Assembly: GCA_030643245.1 (NCBI GenBank)
Contig: DAOWME010000003.1
Span: forward strand, 1-38,224
DNA: 38,224 nt
From: Deltaproteobacteria bacterium
GTDB lineage: Bacteria; Desulfobacterota; UBA8473
Direction: 5' to 3'
Shown: one piece after another, positions 1 through 8,863 of the stretch
Numbering within the stretch: the stretch's first letter is position 1
Layout of the letters: each line of letters opens with the position of its first letter
Translations under genes and position numbers: made by a program
The notes under the pieces: generated by a model
What the model was told of the DNA's origin: nothing
Database searches by the model: none
The model's input: only the letters and a program-made list of their open reading frames with translations

Positions 1-151
1 GTGCATCTCATCTTCAGGCCATCTTTGCCCGATCTTCAAACACAAAATCCTCAAAATAGTTCGACTATTCCTGCGGTTTTGCGTTTTCAGATCGAACAAA
101 TCTAACCTAAATCTAAGCGCCAACTTGAGGAAGTTATTTCGGCCACGTCCC
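1..151 (+). mobile_element. MITE family A, copy 1 (left end cut off by window edge)
   Basis: Near-identical to 28198-28372, 37416-37717 and 38114-38224. Ends in the right TIR ggaagttatttcggccacgtccc. Confidence 0.85.
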
Positions 152-262
152 TTGTCAGGGTCACGGAAGACGAAGATTTTAACCTCAGGAATACAATGAG
201 TAGTATAAAATCTGAGTCTGACGCAGAGATTACGGAAAAGTACCATTTCTGGATGGGGGCTG
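152..262. repeat. Remnant of a second MITE-like element abutting copy 1
   Basis: Contains aacctcaggaata, the reverse complement of the family A core motif tattcctgcggtt (1 mismatch). Ends in ccatttctggatggg, similar to ccatttatggatggg near 18911. Confidence 0.4.
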
Positions 263-592
263 GTTAACAACGGGAAACAAGAAACAAACCAGGAGGGGGG
301 GGTAAAAAAGGTTACACGCGTTTGATAATTCCAAAGCTTGGTCTCAGTATCTGTTACTTTTATGTAACCATCCAAGAATGTGACCTAAGTTTTTATAAAC
401 AGGGCAAAATGTCATCTTGGAGGAACAAAGACGATAAAAAGATGTTACATTTTCTTCACGTCTCGGCCATCGAATCACATCCAGTCATCTTAATAAAGTA
501 CCCTGAACATGATCCGCTTTCATCCTTTTAAAAGACCATAACACCTTGATTATTATGGTTTTGGTGAGAATCTCTGCAAACGAGTGAGGCGA

Positions 593-610
593 TGAATGAA
601 GATTCATTCA
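593..610. promoter_or_regulatory. Palindromic operator TGAATGAA-GA-TTCATTCA (TetR/FadR-like)
   Basis: Perfect 8-bp arms, 9 bp upstream of TTGACA at 620. A second copy lies at 1656-1677. Confidence 0.7.
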
Positions 611-619
611 ATTTTTTTA

Positions 620-649
620 TTGACACCGGGCTTGCAACCATGATACAAA
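620..649 (+). promoter_or_regulatory. Putative sigma70 promoter
   Basis: TTGACA (620-625), 18-bp spacer, TG-n-TACAAA extended -10 (641-649). Confidence 0.45.
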
Positions 650-911
650 AGCCCGAAATTACGAAATTAGGGCTCACATTAAGCAATAAACACTTGGAAA
701 TTAAGTAAGTTATGGTCCTGAGATTTAAATGATTTCTAGTTGCAGTACATCCCTGGTATTTAGGCCCTTACTTCTACAATTTTAACAAGGGATCTCCTTG
801 CCCGGGTTTATCCCGGCACAACTTTTGCTGATTGTTGCTCATCAAGTGAATGGCCGAGAACATTGTATGGTATGGCTCCGGATGGTTCACAGTATTTATC
901 AGAGTTGGGCA

Positions 912-1130
912 ATGGTCAGCATCTTGATAGACGAAGAAAAGTGCAATTGTTGTGGATTGTGCGTGGGCGTATGCCCGAATGAGATATTGGTAAAAAGATC
1001 GGATGGTTGTTCTCCTCTGGTAACGGATGGAGAATGCTTTGGGTGCGAGAATTGTATAGTGATATGCGAGACTGGGGCCATTAGGATTATTGAAGAAGGT
1101 GAGGACGCCCCAAACGGGACAAAAACGTGA
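912..1130 (+). CDS. 2x[4Fe-4S] ferredoxin
   Basis: CNCCGLCVGVCP and CFGCENCIVICE motifs. Start moved to ATG 912 (MVSILIDEEKC), which looks like a typical ferredoxin N-terminus. Confidence 0.85.
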   Translation: MVSILIDEEKCNCCGLCVGVCPNEILVKRSDGCSPLVTDGECFGCENCIVICETGAIRIIEEGEDAPNGTKT

Positions 1131-1218
1131 CAAAGAGCCCCCGTTTTTGGCGAACTCGGATGGAGCACGGTAAGGGAACTCGGTAACGGATCCAAGAGTT
1201 AGAAAGGGGAGGTATCAG

Positions 1219-1542
1219 ATGGCAGATTATTATGTCAATGTCTTTATGGATGATGAAAAACTGAAGAAGATCGAAGATGCGGGGTTGGCAGGTGAGGTGA
1301 AGGAGATAGATGGCAAGAAATCGGTCCAAGTAGGCCTTAGTAAGAAGGAACATAAAAAGCTTTGCAAGAGTTTTCCGGATATGGCCACAGACGCTTCGAA
1401 TTGCTGTGTGCTTCCGGAAGAGGCAGAGAATACATTACTGGGTTTTGTAACGGACATGAAGACCCTCGATGTCATGAAGGCTGCAATCATGAAGCTCTAC
1501 AACCCCCTTGCAGGCAAGGATATCCGTAGTAGGATGCATTAA
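1219..1542 (+). CDS. Hypothetical protein, 107 aa
   Basis: Strong RBS (GGAGG), natural globular composition, contains NCC. No family assigned. Confidence 0.8.
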   Translation: MADYYVNVFMDDEKLKKIEDAGLAGEVKEIDGKKSVQVGLSKKEHKKLCKSFPDMATDASNCCVLPEEAENTLLGFVTDMKTLDVMKAAIMKLYNPLAGKDIRSRMH

Positions 1543-1611
1543 ATGGTGAGAGTTGTTGCAGACCGCCGACATTCATGAAGCAATTGATATTGCTTTTCCT
1601 TCAAAAAAGTA

Positions 1612-1640
1612 TTGACTTCTTCAAGGTGAAGTGCTATTTT
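1612..1640 (+). promoter_or_regulatory. Putative sigma70 promoter for hyp-TPR-dsrAB
   Basis: TTGACT-N17-TATTTT with extended -10 TG. Confidence 0.6.
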
Positions 1641-1655
1641 TCATCCGTCGGAGGT

Positions 1656-1677
1656 AATGAATGAATATTCATTCATT
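1656..1677. promoter_or_regulatory. Palindromic operator AATGAATGAATATTCATTCATT
   Basis: Perfect 22-bp palindrome just downstream of the predicted transcription start, a repressor position. Confidence 0.75.
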
Positions 1678-1780
1678 GTACTTCGTTAACTCGGGGGCGG
1701 GGAGATCGCATTTACGTTGGAATATTGATCTATTTGAAGGTAAGTAAAAGTAGTTGTTATCTAAATCGCAGGACGTATAA

Positions 1781-2125
1781 GTGAGCAGACTTTCCCCGGA
1801 AGAAGAGAAGAGGAAGAGAGCCATATTCGACGGTATGGCTGCCAAGAGACAGAATCGGATTCTCGACAAGGGATATGACGAGTGGGATCCTTTTCAGAAG
1901 CCGAAGGATCCCCTCGACATGAGGACCGATAAAAATAGAAATACTGCGGTGAAATTGGTAAAGGAGTTTCTGCAGACATGCAGCCACGAAAAATACAGCA
2001 ATGCTTACGGCCGAGGTGCATGGGACATATGCGTCGGCATTATCGGCAACAGCCAGCGACACATGGCGATGTACGAGTTTTCTTGCTGGTACAGGGACTT
2101 TTTAGGGAATGACAAGGATGAGTGA
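1781..2125 (+). CDS. Hypothetical protein, 114 aa, dsr-associated
   Basis: GTG start; overlaps the start of the TPR gene. Contains WDPFQKPKDP. Confidence 0.75.
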   Translation: MSRLSPEEEKRKRAIFDGMAAKRQNRILDKGYDEWDPFQKPKDPLDMRTDKNRNTAVKLVKEFLQTCSHEKYSNAYGRGAWDICVGIIGNSQRHMAMYEFSCWYRDFLGNDKDE

Positions 2126-2738
2126 AGAGATCTCCACCGAAGAGTATATCAGAGACCTGAGACAGAATTTAAGGGAGAACCCAGGGTGCGCCCTTAATCA
2201 TTACAACCTCGCGATCGCACTCGTCAAGCATCATAAATGGGATGAAGCGATATCAGAGTTTAGGGCGGCAATAAATGAGAGCCCTCGTATGGTGGAAGCC
2301 CATGTCAACCTGAGTGGTATATACTTCCAGATGGGAGAGATGGAAAAAGGGATCGAACTCTGTAAGCATGTTATAGAGTTCAGACCCGACTTTGCTCCTC
2401 CATATGGTAATCTGGGGTTCGCTTATTTGGAACAGGGTGAGGTTGAGAAGGCAATAGAGATGCTAAGGAGGGCGGTCAAGAAAGACCCGGAATTTGTCCA
2501 GGCGCTGAGCACGCTTGGGGGCGCGTATCTCATGCAGGGAATGATTGAAGAGAGTATTGAGAACAGCAAGAAGGCAATTGATATCGCTCCAAATTTTGCC
2601 GTGGCACATAATAACCTGTCTATTGCATATCTTGAAAAGGGGGAGTTTAAAAAAGCCATCGAATATTGCGACAAGGCGATATCATTTGGGTTTGAAGTAC
2701 ACCCTGAGTTTTTAAAGGAGTTAGAGGCCTATCGTTAG
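2118..2738 (+). CDS. Tetratricopeptide repeat protein
   Basis: About five 34-aa TPR units (HYNLAIAL, HVNLSGIY, YGNLGFAY, LSTLGGAY, HNNLSIAY). Start is 2109 or 2118. Confidence 0.9.
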   Translation: MSEEISTEEYIRDLRQNLRENPGCALNHYNLAIALVKHHKWDEAISEFRAAINESPRMVEAHVNLSGIYFQMGEMEKGIELCKHVIEFRPDFAPPYGNLGFAYLEQGEVEKAIEMLRRAVKKDPEFVQALSTLGGAYLMQGMIEESIENSKKAIDIAPNFAVAHNNLSIAYLEKGEFKKAIEYCDKAISFGFEVHPEFLKELEAYR

Positions 2739-2914
2739 TGAAGTTAAGAGCAGTTTTAGCAAGATAACTTCACATTTAGACATATGGTTTTATTTTGTAT
2801 GTGTCTCAGCGACCAACGGTTTGAATGACTCCGAAATCTTTGGGGAGGGGGTGAAGAGAGGGCAGTCCGCAGACAAGGGTTACAATTTACTTAACAACGA
2901 ATGGAGGTATTTTA

Positions 2915-4222
2915 ATGACAAAACGTAAGACTCCTATGTTAGATGAGCTGGAGAAAGGAAGCTGGCCTAGTTTCGTATCTGATATGAAACAGGAGGCCGA
3001 AGCCAGAGAAAAGACGGATGTCGATTTGCAGACCCCGAGGGAATGTGTCGATGATCTGCTCGGTCTTCTTGAACTTACATATGTGGACAAGGTGGTCCAC
3101 TGGAAACACGGTGGAATTGTCGGCGTATTCGGATACGGCGGCGGTGTTATCGGCAGATACTGCGACCAGCCCGAAGAATTTCCGGGTGTGAGAGACTTCC
3201 ATACAATGCGCGTCAATCAACCGTCGAGCAAGTTTTATTCCTCGGAATACTTGAGGCAAGTATGTGAATTATGGGAGAGACGTGGTAGCGGCCTGACCAA
3301 TATGCATGGTTCCACGGGTGATATCATCCTGCTTGGGACCACTACACCGCAGTTGGAAGAGGTCTTCTGGGAACTGACCCATAACCTTGATCAGGATCTC
3401 GGTGGGTCCGGTTCCAACCTGAGAACCCCATCCTGCTGTATAGGGAAGGCCAGATGCGAATTTGCCTGTTACGATACCCAGGCTATCTGCACTGAGTTTA
3501 CTATGGAATATCAGGATGAGTTGCATAGGCCCGCATTTCCTTATAAGTTCAAGTTTAAGTTCGATGGATGTCCTAACGGTTGTGTGGCAGCCATTGCCAG
3601 GGCCGACATGTCGATTATCGGCGCATGGCGAGACGATATACGAATAGACCAGGAAGCTGTCAATGCTTATGTCGGGGGTGAGATCAAACCCAACGGAGGA
3701 GCCCATTCCGGGCGTGACTGGGGGGCCTTCGATATTCAAAAAGAGGTGGTCGACCTTTGTCCCACCGAATGTATGTCATGGGATGGAAAGAAATTGGGGA
3801 TTTACAATAAAGAATGTAACCGTTGTATGCATTGTATAAATGTGATGCCCAGAGCCCTGAGGATAGGAGAGGATACAGGCGCCTCCATTCTCTTTGGAGC
3901 AAAGGCCCCTATCTTGGAGGGCGCTCAGATGTCCACATTGACTATCCCGTTCATGAAGATCGAGGAGCCGTATGAGGAACTAAAGGATATTGTCGAGAAG
4001 GTGTGGGATTATTGGTCTGAAGAGGGTAAGAACAGAGAACGCCTTGGTGAGTTGATACAGAGAGAGGGCTTTCAGAAGTTCCTCGAAGTCTGTGAACTCG
4101 ATGCAGACCCTCGAATGATCCAGGAGCCTCGATCTAACCCTTACATCTTTTGGAAGGAGGAGGATGTTCCGGGTGGATGGGAGAGGGATATCAATGAATT
4201 TAGGAAAAAACACCAGAAATAG
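2915..4222 (+). CDS. dsrA: Dissimilatory sulfite reductase alpha subunit
   Basis: HWKHGGIVGVFGYGGGVIGRY; siroheme-[4Fe-4S] motifs CIGKARC and CPNGC; YKFKFK. Confidence 0.99.
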   Translation: MTKRKTPMLDELEKGSWPSFVSDMKQEAEAREKTDVDLQTPRECVDDLLGLLELTYVDKVVHWKHGGIVGVFGYGGGVIGRYCDQPEEFPGVRDFHTMRVNQPSSKFYSSEYLRQVCELWERRGSGLTNMHGSTGDIILLGTTTPQLEEVFWELTHNLDQDLGGSGSNLRTPSCCIGKARCEFACYDTQAICTEFTMEYQDELHRPAFPYKFKFKFDGCPNGCVAAIARADMSIIGAWRDDIRIDQEAVNAYVGGEIKPNGGAHSGRDWGAFDIQKEVVDLCPTECMSWDGKKLGIYNKECNRCMHCINVMPRALRIGEDTGASILFGAKAPILEGAQMSTLTIPFMKIEEPYEELKDIVEKVWDYWSEEGKNRERLGELIQREGFQKFLEVCELDADPRMIQEPRSNPYIFWKEEDVPGGWERDINEFRKKHQK

Positions 4223-4234
4223 GAGGTTTTATCA

Positions 4235-5350
4235 ATGGTCTATGATCCAAGTGATCCATTGAAGGATAGGATAACTGATATAGGTCCGAAAAATTACAAG
4301 GAGTTTTTACCTAATGTAATCAAAGAGAATTACGGGAAGTGGCTTTACCATGAGATCCTTGAACCGGGCGTACTTATGCACGTCTCGGAAACGGGAGACA
4401 AGGTTTACACCGTTAGGGTCGGTGGATGCCGCCTCATGAGTGTTACACACATACGTGAGATATGTGAGATCGCAGACAAACACTGTGACGGATACATGAG
4501 GTTCACCACCCGCAATAATATCGAGTTTATGGTCGATGACGAAGCAAAGTTGAAACCCTTGATGGAAGACCTTGATGGCAGAGAGTTTTCGGCAGGGTCC
4601 AAGAAATTCCCGAGGGGCGGTACAGGTGCCGGTCTTACCAACATCGTGCATACCCAGGGCTGGATCCACTGCCATACACCGGCCATCGATGCTTCCGGCG
4701 TTGTAAAGTGCGTGATGGACGAACTGTTCGATGATTTCCAGGGCATGAGATTTCCGGCGCAGGTCAGAATATCCCTCGCCTGCTGTCTCAATATGTGCGG
4801 CGCAGTCCACTGCTCCGACATCGCTATCCTGGGAATCCATCGCAAGCCCCCGATGCTTGACCATGAGAATCTCGACAATATGTGTGAGATCCCGTTGGCA
4901 ATAGCAGCATGCCCAACCGGGGCTATCAAACCGGCTAAGGTTGACGGTAAGAAGAGCGTTGCGGTTAAAAATGAGAGGTGCATGTTCTGCGGCAATTGTT
5001 ATACCATGTGCCCTAGCATGCCGTTGGCTGATGAAGAGGGGAGTGGCGTCGCCCTGCTGGTGGGAGGCAAGATATCGAACAGGATAAGCGAGCCGAAGTT
5101 CTCAAAGGTGGTGGTTCCCTTTATCCCCAATGAGCCCCCGCGTTGGCCGTCAACCGTTGATGCGATCAAGAAGATCCTCTATGCATACGTAGATGACGCA
5201 AAGAAATACGAACGCCTCGGTGATTGGGCCGAGAGGATCGGCTGGGAGAGGTTTTTTGATAAGACCGGCCTGCCTTTCTCGGGACATCTCATCGACGATT
5301 ATCGCTTCGCATATACGACCTGGCGTCAGAGCACACAATTCAAATTCTAA
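4235..5350 (+). CDS. dsrB: Dissimilatory sulfite reductase beta subunit
   Basis: [37 protein letters not shown]; C-terminus [11 protein letters not shown]. Confidence 0.99.
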   Translation: MVYDPSDPLKDRITDIGPKNYKEFLPNVIKENYGKWLYHEILEPGVLMHVSETGDKVYTVRVGGCRLMSVTHIREICEIADKHCDGYMRFTTRNNIEFMVDDEAKLKPLMEDLDGREFSAGSKKFPRGGTGAGLTNIVHTQGWIHCHTPAIDASGVVKCVMDELFDDFQGMRFPAQVRISLACCLNMCGAVHCSDIAILGIHRKPPMLDHENLDNMCEIPLAIAACPTGAIKPAKVDGKKSVAVKNERCMFCGNCYTMCPSMPLADEEGSGVALLVGGKISNRISEPKFSKVVVPFIPNEPPRWPSTVDAIKKILYAYVDDAKKYERLGDWAERIGWERFFDKTGLPFSGHLIDDYRFAYTTWRQSTQFKF

Positions 5351-5361
5351 TGAACGAAATA

Positions 5362-5409
5362 GTTCACAGGGATCAGTACGGTAACAAATCATCTCTGATC
5401 TCTGTGAAC
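5362..5409 (+). other. Intercistronic RNA stem-loop between dsrB and dsrD
   Basis: gttcacagggatcag pairs with ctgatctctgtgaac (15 bp, one G-U), with an 18-nt loop. Confidence 0.6.
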
Positions 5410-5431
5410 CTTTAATTAAAAGAGGTGTCCA

Positions 5432-5674
5432 ATGGGGCCTGAAGAGGATAGACAGCTTATAGTCGATACACTGAAAAAGAAAAAAGGAAAGACGAAATTC
5501 TACCTGAAAGATTTCAATAAGATCTTTCCAGACAGGAAACCAAGGGAAGTGAAGAAGCTTGTAAATAAGATGGTCACTGAGGGGATCCTTGAGTACTGGT
5601 CAAGCGGGAGCACTACCTTGATCGGGCTGAAAGGCGCCGGTAAGCAGCACGACACTGAGGAAAAGGACGAATAA
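5432..5674 (+). CDS. dsrD: DsrD
   Basis: KTKFYLKD and LEYWSSGSTT motifs; follows dsrB. Confidence 0.96.
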   Translation: MGPEEDRQLIVDTLKKKKGKTKFYLKDFNKIFPDRKPREVKKLVNKMVTEGILEYWSSGSTTLIGLKGAGKQHDTEEKDE

Positions 5675-5679
5675 AGAGA

Positions 5680-7143
5680 ATGTATATGGACTGTCCCAGG
5701 ATAGCCTTCTCCGCATTGCGAGGAAATTCAGGCAAGACACTCTTGACTGTAGGTGTGGTAGCAAAGCTCCACAGGGATGGAAAGGCCGTCTCTCCTTTCA
5801 AGAAGGGGCCGGATTATATAGATGCGGCCTGGCTGGCCCTTGCGGCTGATCGTTCCTGTTACAACCTCGATGCGTTTTTGATGGAGCGGGAGGCCCTTAT
5901 TTCTTCCTTTACAACCCATGTGAGGCAGTCCGACTGCGCCATAATGGAGGGCAACAGGGGTCTCTTCGATGGAATGGACGCACACGGTAGTTACAGTACT
6001 GCCGAGCTCGCCAAGATGCTTCAGATGCCGGTGGTTCTCATAGTCGACTGCAGTATGGCAACCCGCACGGTCGCCGCAATGGTCCTCGGCTGTCAACACC
6101 TTGACCCTGAGGTGGCCATAAAGGGGGTCATTCTCAATCGGGTTCGGGGAAATCGCCACGAATCAATTGTGCGCCGTGCTGTAGAGGAGAATTGCGGAGT
6201 TTCAATATTGGGGGCCGTCCCCAGGATAAAAGGATCAGTCTTTCCGGAAAGGCATATGGGGCTCGTTCCACCTCAGGAACACCCGGGCGCCCGCAAAGCC
6301 GTGGACAAGGCTGTAGGGATTGTCGAAGAATTCATAGATGTAAAGGAAGTATGGAAGATTGCCTTAGAGGCGCCACCTCTCGACCTGATTGATTCTACTG
6401 AAGATAGATCACAAGAGGGGATGCAATTGATGCCTCGAAAAAGGCCGCGGATCGGATTTATCAGGGATTCTGCCTTCTGGTTTTACTATCCTGATAACCT
6501 GGAGGCCCTTGAAAGACTGGGGGCCGAAATGGTAGAGTGCAACGCCCTCCTGCAGGATGAGCTTCCGAGGTTGGATGCCCTGTACATCGGAGGGGGGTTT
6601 CCTGAGACCCATGCCGAGGCCCTGGCTGCCAACTCAGGTTTCCGAAGGTCTCTGAATGAGGCAGTAGAAGATGGACTTCCCGTGTATGCGGAGTGTGGCG
6701 GGCTGATGTATCTTGGGAGAAACCTGTTAATTGACGGAAGCACTTTCCCCATGACCGGTGTCTTTCCCTTGACTATTGAACTGAAAAGAAGTCCCCAGGG
6801 TCATGGGTACACCATCCTTGAAGTTGATAAACCCAACCCCTATTTCAAAGTAGGGGAGGCCATATGCGGCCATGAGTTTCACTATTCCAGAATCGTGGAT
6901 TTAGCGGAAAAAGAGATGCCCCTGGCATTTAAAGTCAGGAGAGGATGCGGTGTAGATGGGAGAAGGGATGGACTATATTACAGGAATGTCTTGGCAACAT
7001 ACTCTCATCTCCACGTTTTAGGGAAAAAAGAATGGGCTGAGGGTCTCTTTGACCTGGCCATTTCTTATGGTCATAAGCCCGGGAGAAAAAGAGAAGATGT
7101 GCCCTTTAACGAGGGTAATCTCCCCGCTGCCCTGAATTTCTGA
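5680..7143 (+). CDS. dsrN: Siroheme amidase DsrN (CbiA/CobB-like)
   Basis: SGKT, FKKGPDYID, EGNRGLFDG, ERHMGL; GATase motifs YAECGG and GHEFHY; follows dsrD. Confidence 0.93.
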   Translation: MYMDCPRIAFSALRGNSGKTLLTVGVVAKLHRDGKAVSPFKKGPDYIDAAWLALAADRSCYNLDAFLMEREALISSFTTHVRQSDCAIMEGNRGLFDGMDAHGSYSTAELAKMLQMPVVLIVDCSMATRTVAAMVLGCQHLDPEVAIKGVILNRVRGNRHESIVRRAVEENCGVSILGAVPRIKGSVFPERHMGLVPPQEHPGARKAVDKAVGIVEEFIDVKEVWKIALEAPPLDLIDSTEDRSQEGMQLMPRKRPRIGFIRDSAFWFYYPDNLEALERLGAEMVECNALLQDELPRLDALYIGGGFPETHAEALAANSGFRRSLNEAVEDGLPVYAECGGLMYLGRNLLIDGSTFPMTGVFPLTIELKRSPQGHGYTILEVDKPNPYFKVGEAICGHEFHYSRIVDLAEKEMPLAFKVRRGCGVDGRRDGLYYRNVLATYSHLHVLGKKEWAEGLFDLAISYGHKPGRKREDVPFNEGNLPAALNF

Positions 7144-7162
7144 TGGAAACGCCAGTGGAAGA

Positions 7163-7990
7163 ATGGAAGATGTACGCGTTGCTGTGGTGGTAATGGAATC
7201 AGTGGTGGGAAGAACATCTGACAACCTGACGCGAATAGAGGCATTTGCCCTGGACGCTGCTGCTCAAGGGGCAGACCTGGTCTGTTTTCCTGAAGCGAGC
7301 ATAACGGGGTACCGTGTTGATGCAACGATTGCAACCTATGCTGAACCCATCCCCGGACCCAGTAGCAACGTTTTAGTTAGTCTATCTAAGTATACCGGTC
7401 TCACAATATTGAGCGGCTTGATAGAGAGAGGAGAAGATGACGACCTCTTTATCAGTCATATCGTCACATCTCCCGATGGATTGGGGGATGTCTACAGGAA
7501 ACTCCACCTTGCCCCGAATGAAGAAAATGTATACAGCCATGGCGACAGGCTACCCACGTATAGATATGGCGAGACGACCTTTGGCGTTGAATTATGCTAT
7601 GACACACATTTTCCGGAACTGACTACTGTCCTGGCTCTCCGGGGGGTAGAAGTCCTTTTTCTGCCTTATGCCTCTCCTAGAGAGACCCCCATGGAGAAAA
7701 GGGAACGATGGATCCGGTACCTTTCAGCACGTGCTTATGATAATAGCATATTTGTGGTGGCGTGCAATCAGGTCGGGCGTTACGATACCGGACTGACATT
7801 TCCGGGAGTGGCCATTATCTTCGACCCGAAAGGTAGGGTTATGACTGAGAGTTGTGGTAAGGGTGAAAGTATGGCGATAACTGATTTGAGGTCCGGTGTT
7901 TTGAAACAGGTTCGAGAAAGTAAAATGGGCTTCTTTTTGAGTCGTCGTCGGCCGGAGGTATATAGGTCGCTTTCAGATTCGTTTAATTAA
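7163..7990 (+). CDS. Carbon-nitrogen hydrolase (nitrilase family)
   Basis: Glu-Lys-Cys triad in CFPEASITGY, YRKLHL and LCYD; also ARAYDN and RRPEVY. Confidence 0.92.
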   Translation: MEDVRVAVVVMESVVGRTSDNLTRIEAFALDAAAQGADLVCFPEASITGYRVDATIATYAEPIPGPSSNVLVSLSKYTGLTILSGLIERGEDDDLFISHIVTSPDGLGDVYRKLHLAPNEENVYSHGDRLPTYRYGETTFGVELCYDTHFPELTTVLALRGVEVLFLPYASPRETPMEKRERWIRYLSARAYDNSIFVVACNQVGRYDTGLTFPGVAIIFDPKGRVMTESCGKGESMAITDLRSGVLKQVRESKMGFFLSRRRPEVYRSLSDSFN

Positions 7991-8028
7991 CAAAAATTGA
8001 CAATAACAAAAAAGAGGAGGTAAAGAAT

Positions 8029-8349
8029 ATGCCAGAATTAGAACTTGGGGGGAACACTTACGAGGTTGACGAGGATGGCTTCTTACAGCAGCTTGATAAG
8101 TGGAACCCGCAATTTGCGCAGGACTATGCGCCCCTGGAAGGCATAGACGGAGAACTCACGGAAGATCATTGGAAGCTTATCAACTATATCAGAGATTATT
8201 ATGAAGAGTACGGCATTGCGCCCATGATCAGGAAACTTTGCAAGGATTGCAAGTTTAAGCTGAAATACATATATGAGATGTTTCCGTCAGGCCCTGCAAA
8301 AGGTGCGTGTAAGCTGGCCGGGTTATCTAAACCTACCGGGTGTGTCTAA
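8029..8349 (+). CDS. dsrC: DsrC sulfur-relay protein
   Basis: VDEDGFL; both C-terminal cysteines present (ACKLAGLSKPTGCV, CX10C). Confidence 0.97.
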   Translation: MPELELGGNTYEVDEDGFLQQLDKWNPQFAQDYAPLEGIDGELTEDHWKLINYIRDYYEEYGIAPMIRKLCKDCKFKLKYIYEMFPSGPAKGACKLAGLSKPTGCV

Positions 8350-8382
8350 AGATAAGTAAGGGAATGAGAAAGGAAGGTCAAG

Positions 8383-8781
8383 ATGGACCTCGTTAATGTC
8401 AAGCATGAAGGGGGGCTTTGTTTTTCCGTCAATGTGCGGAACCACAGATTCTTGGTGGACATGGCAGAGGACGAAGGGGGCTCCGATAAAGGCCCTTCAC
8501 CGGCAGAGATACTCGTCGCGGCTTTTGGTTCATGCGTAGGAGCTCACATTGCAAGGTACTGCCAGACAGCAAAGATCCCCCACGAGGGGATGGAATTGAA
8601 CCTGACTTTCCAGACGACCAAAGAAGGAACCAGGATAAGGATTTCAAGTCTTGTGGGAGAGATATCTCTCCCACAAGACCCCGGTCCCCGTTCGAAGGCT
8701 GTGATGAGTGCGGGTGAAAATTGTATAATCCGGAATACGCTGGCGCAAGGGCCTGAAATTGATCTGGATTTGGATATATGA
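8383..8781 (+). CDS. OsmC/Ohr family protein
   Basis: GGSDKGPSPAEILVAAFGSC plus a second Cys in ENCIIRNTL. Confidence 0.88.
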   Translation: MDLVNVKHEGGLCFSVNVRNHRFLVDMAEDEGGSDKGPSPAEILVAAFGSCVGAHIARYCQTAKIPHEGMELNLTFQTTKEGTRIRISSLVGEISLPQDPGPRSKAVMSAGENCIIRNTLAQGPEIDLDLDI

Positions 8782-8863
8782 TCGTCCGGTGTTCCATCGG
8801 CCTTGAAGGCTTGAACCATAGAAGAGATTCGTTGTTGAGAGTAGGGTAATAGAGAGCCGGACA

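Noticed and set aside
322-531. 69-aa ORF in the upstream AT-rich region
   Set aside because: TTG start, no recognisable motifs, and it lies in a probable regulatory region.
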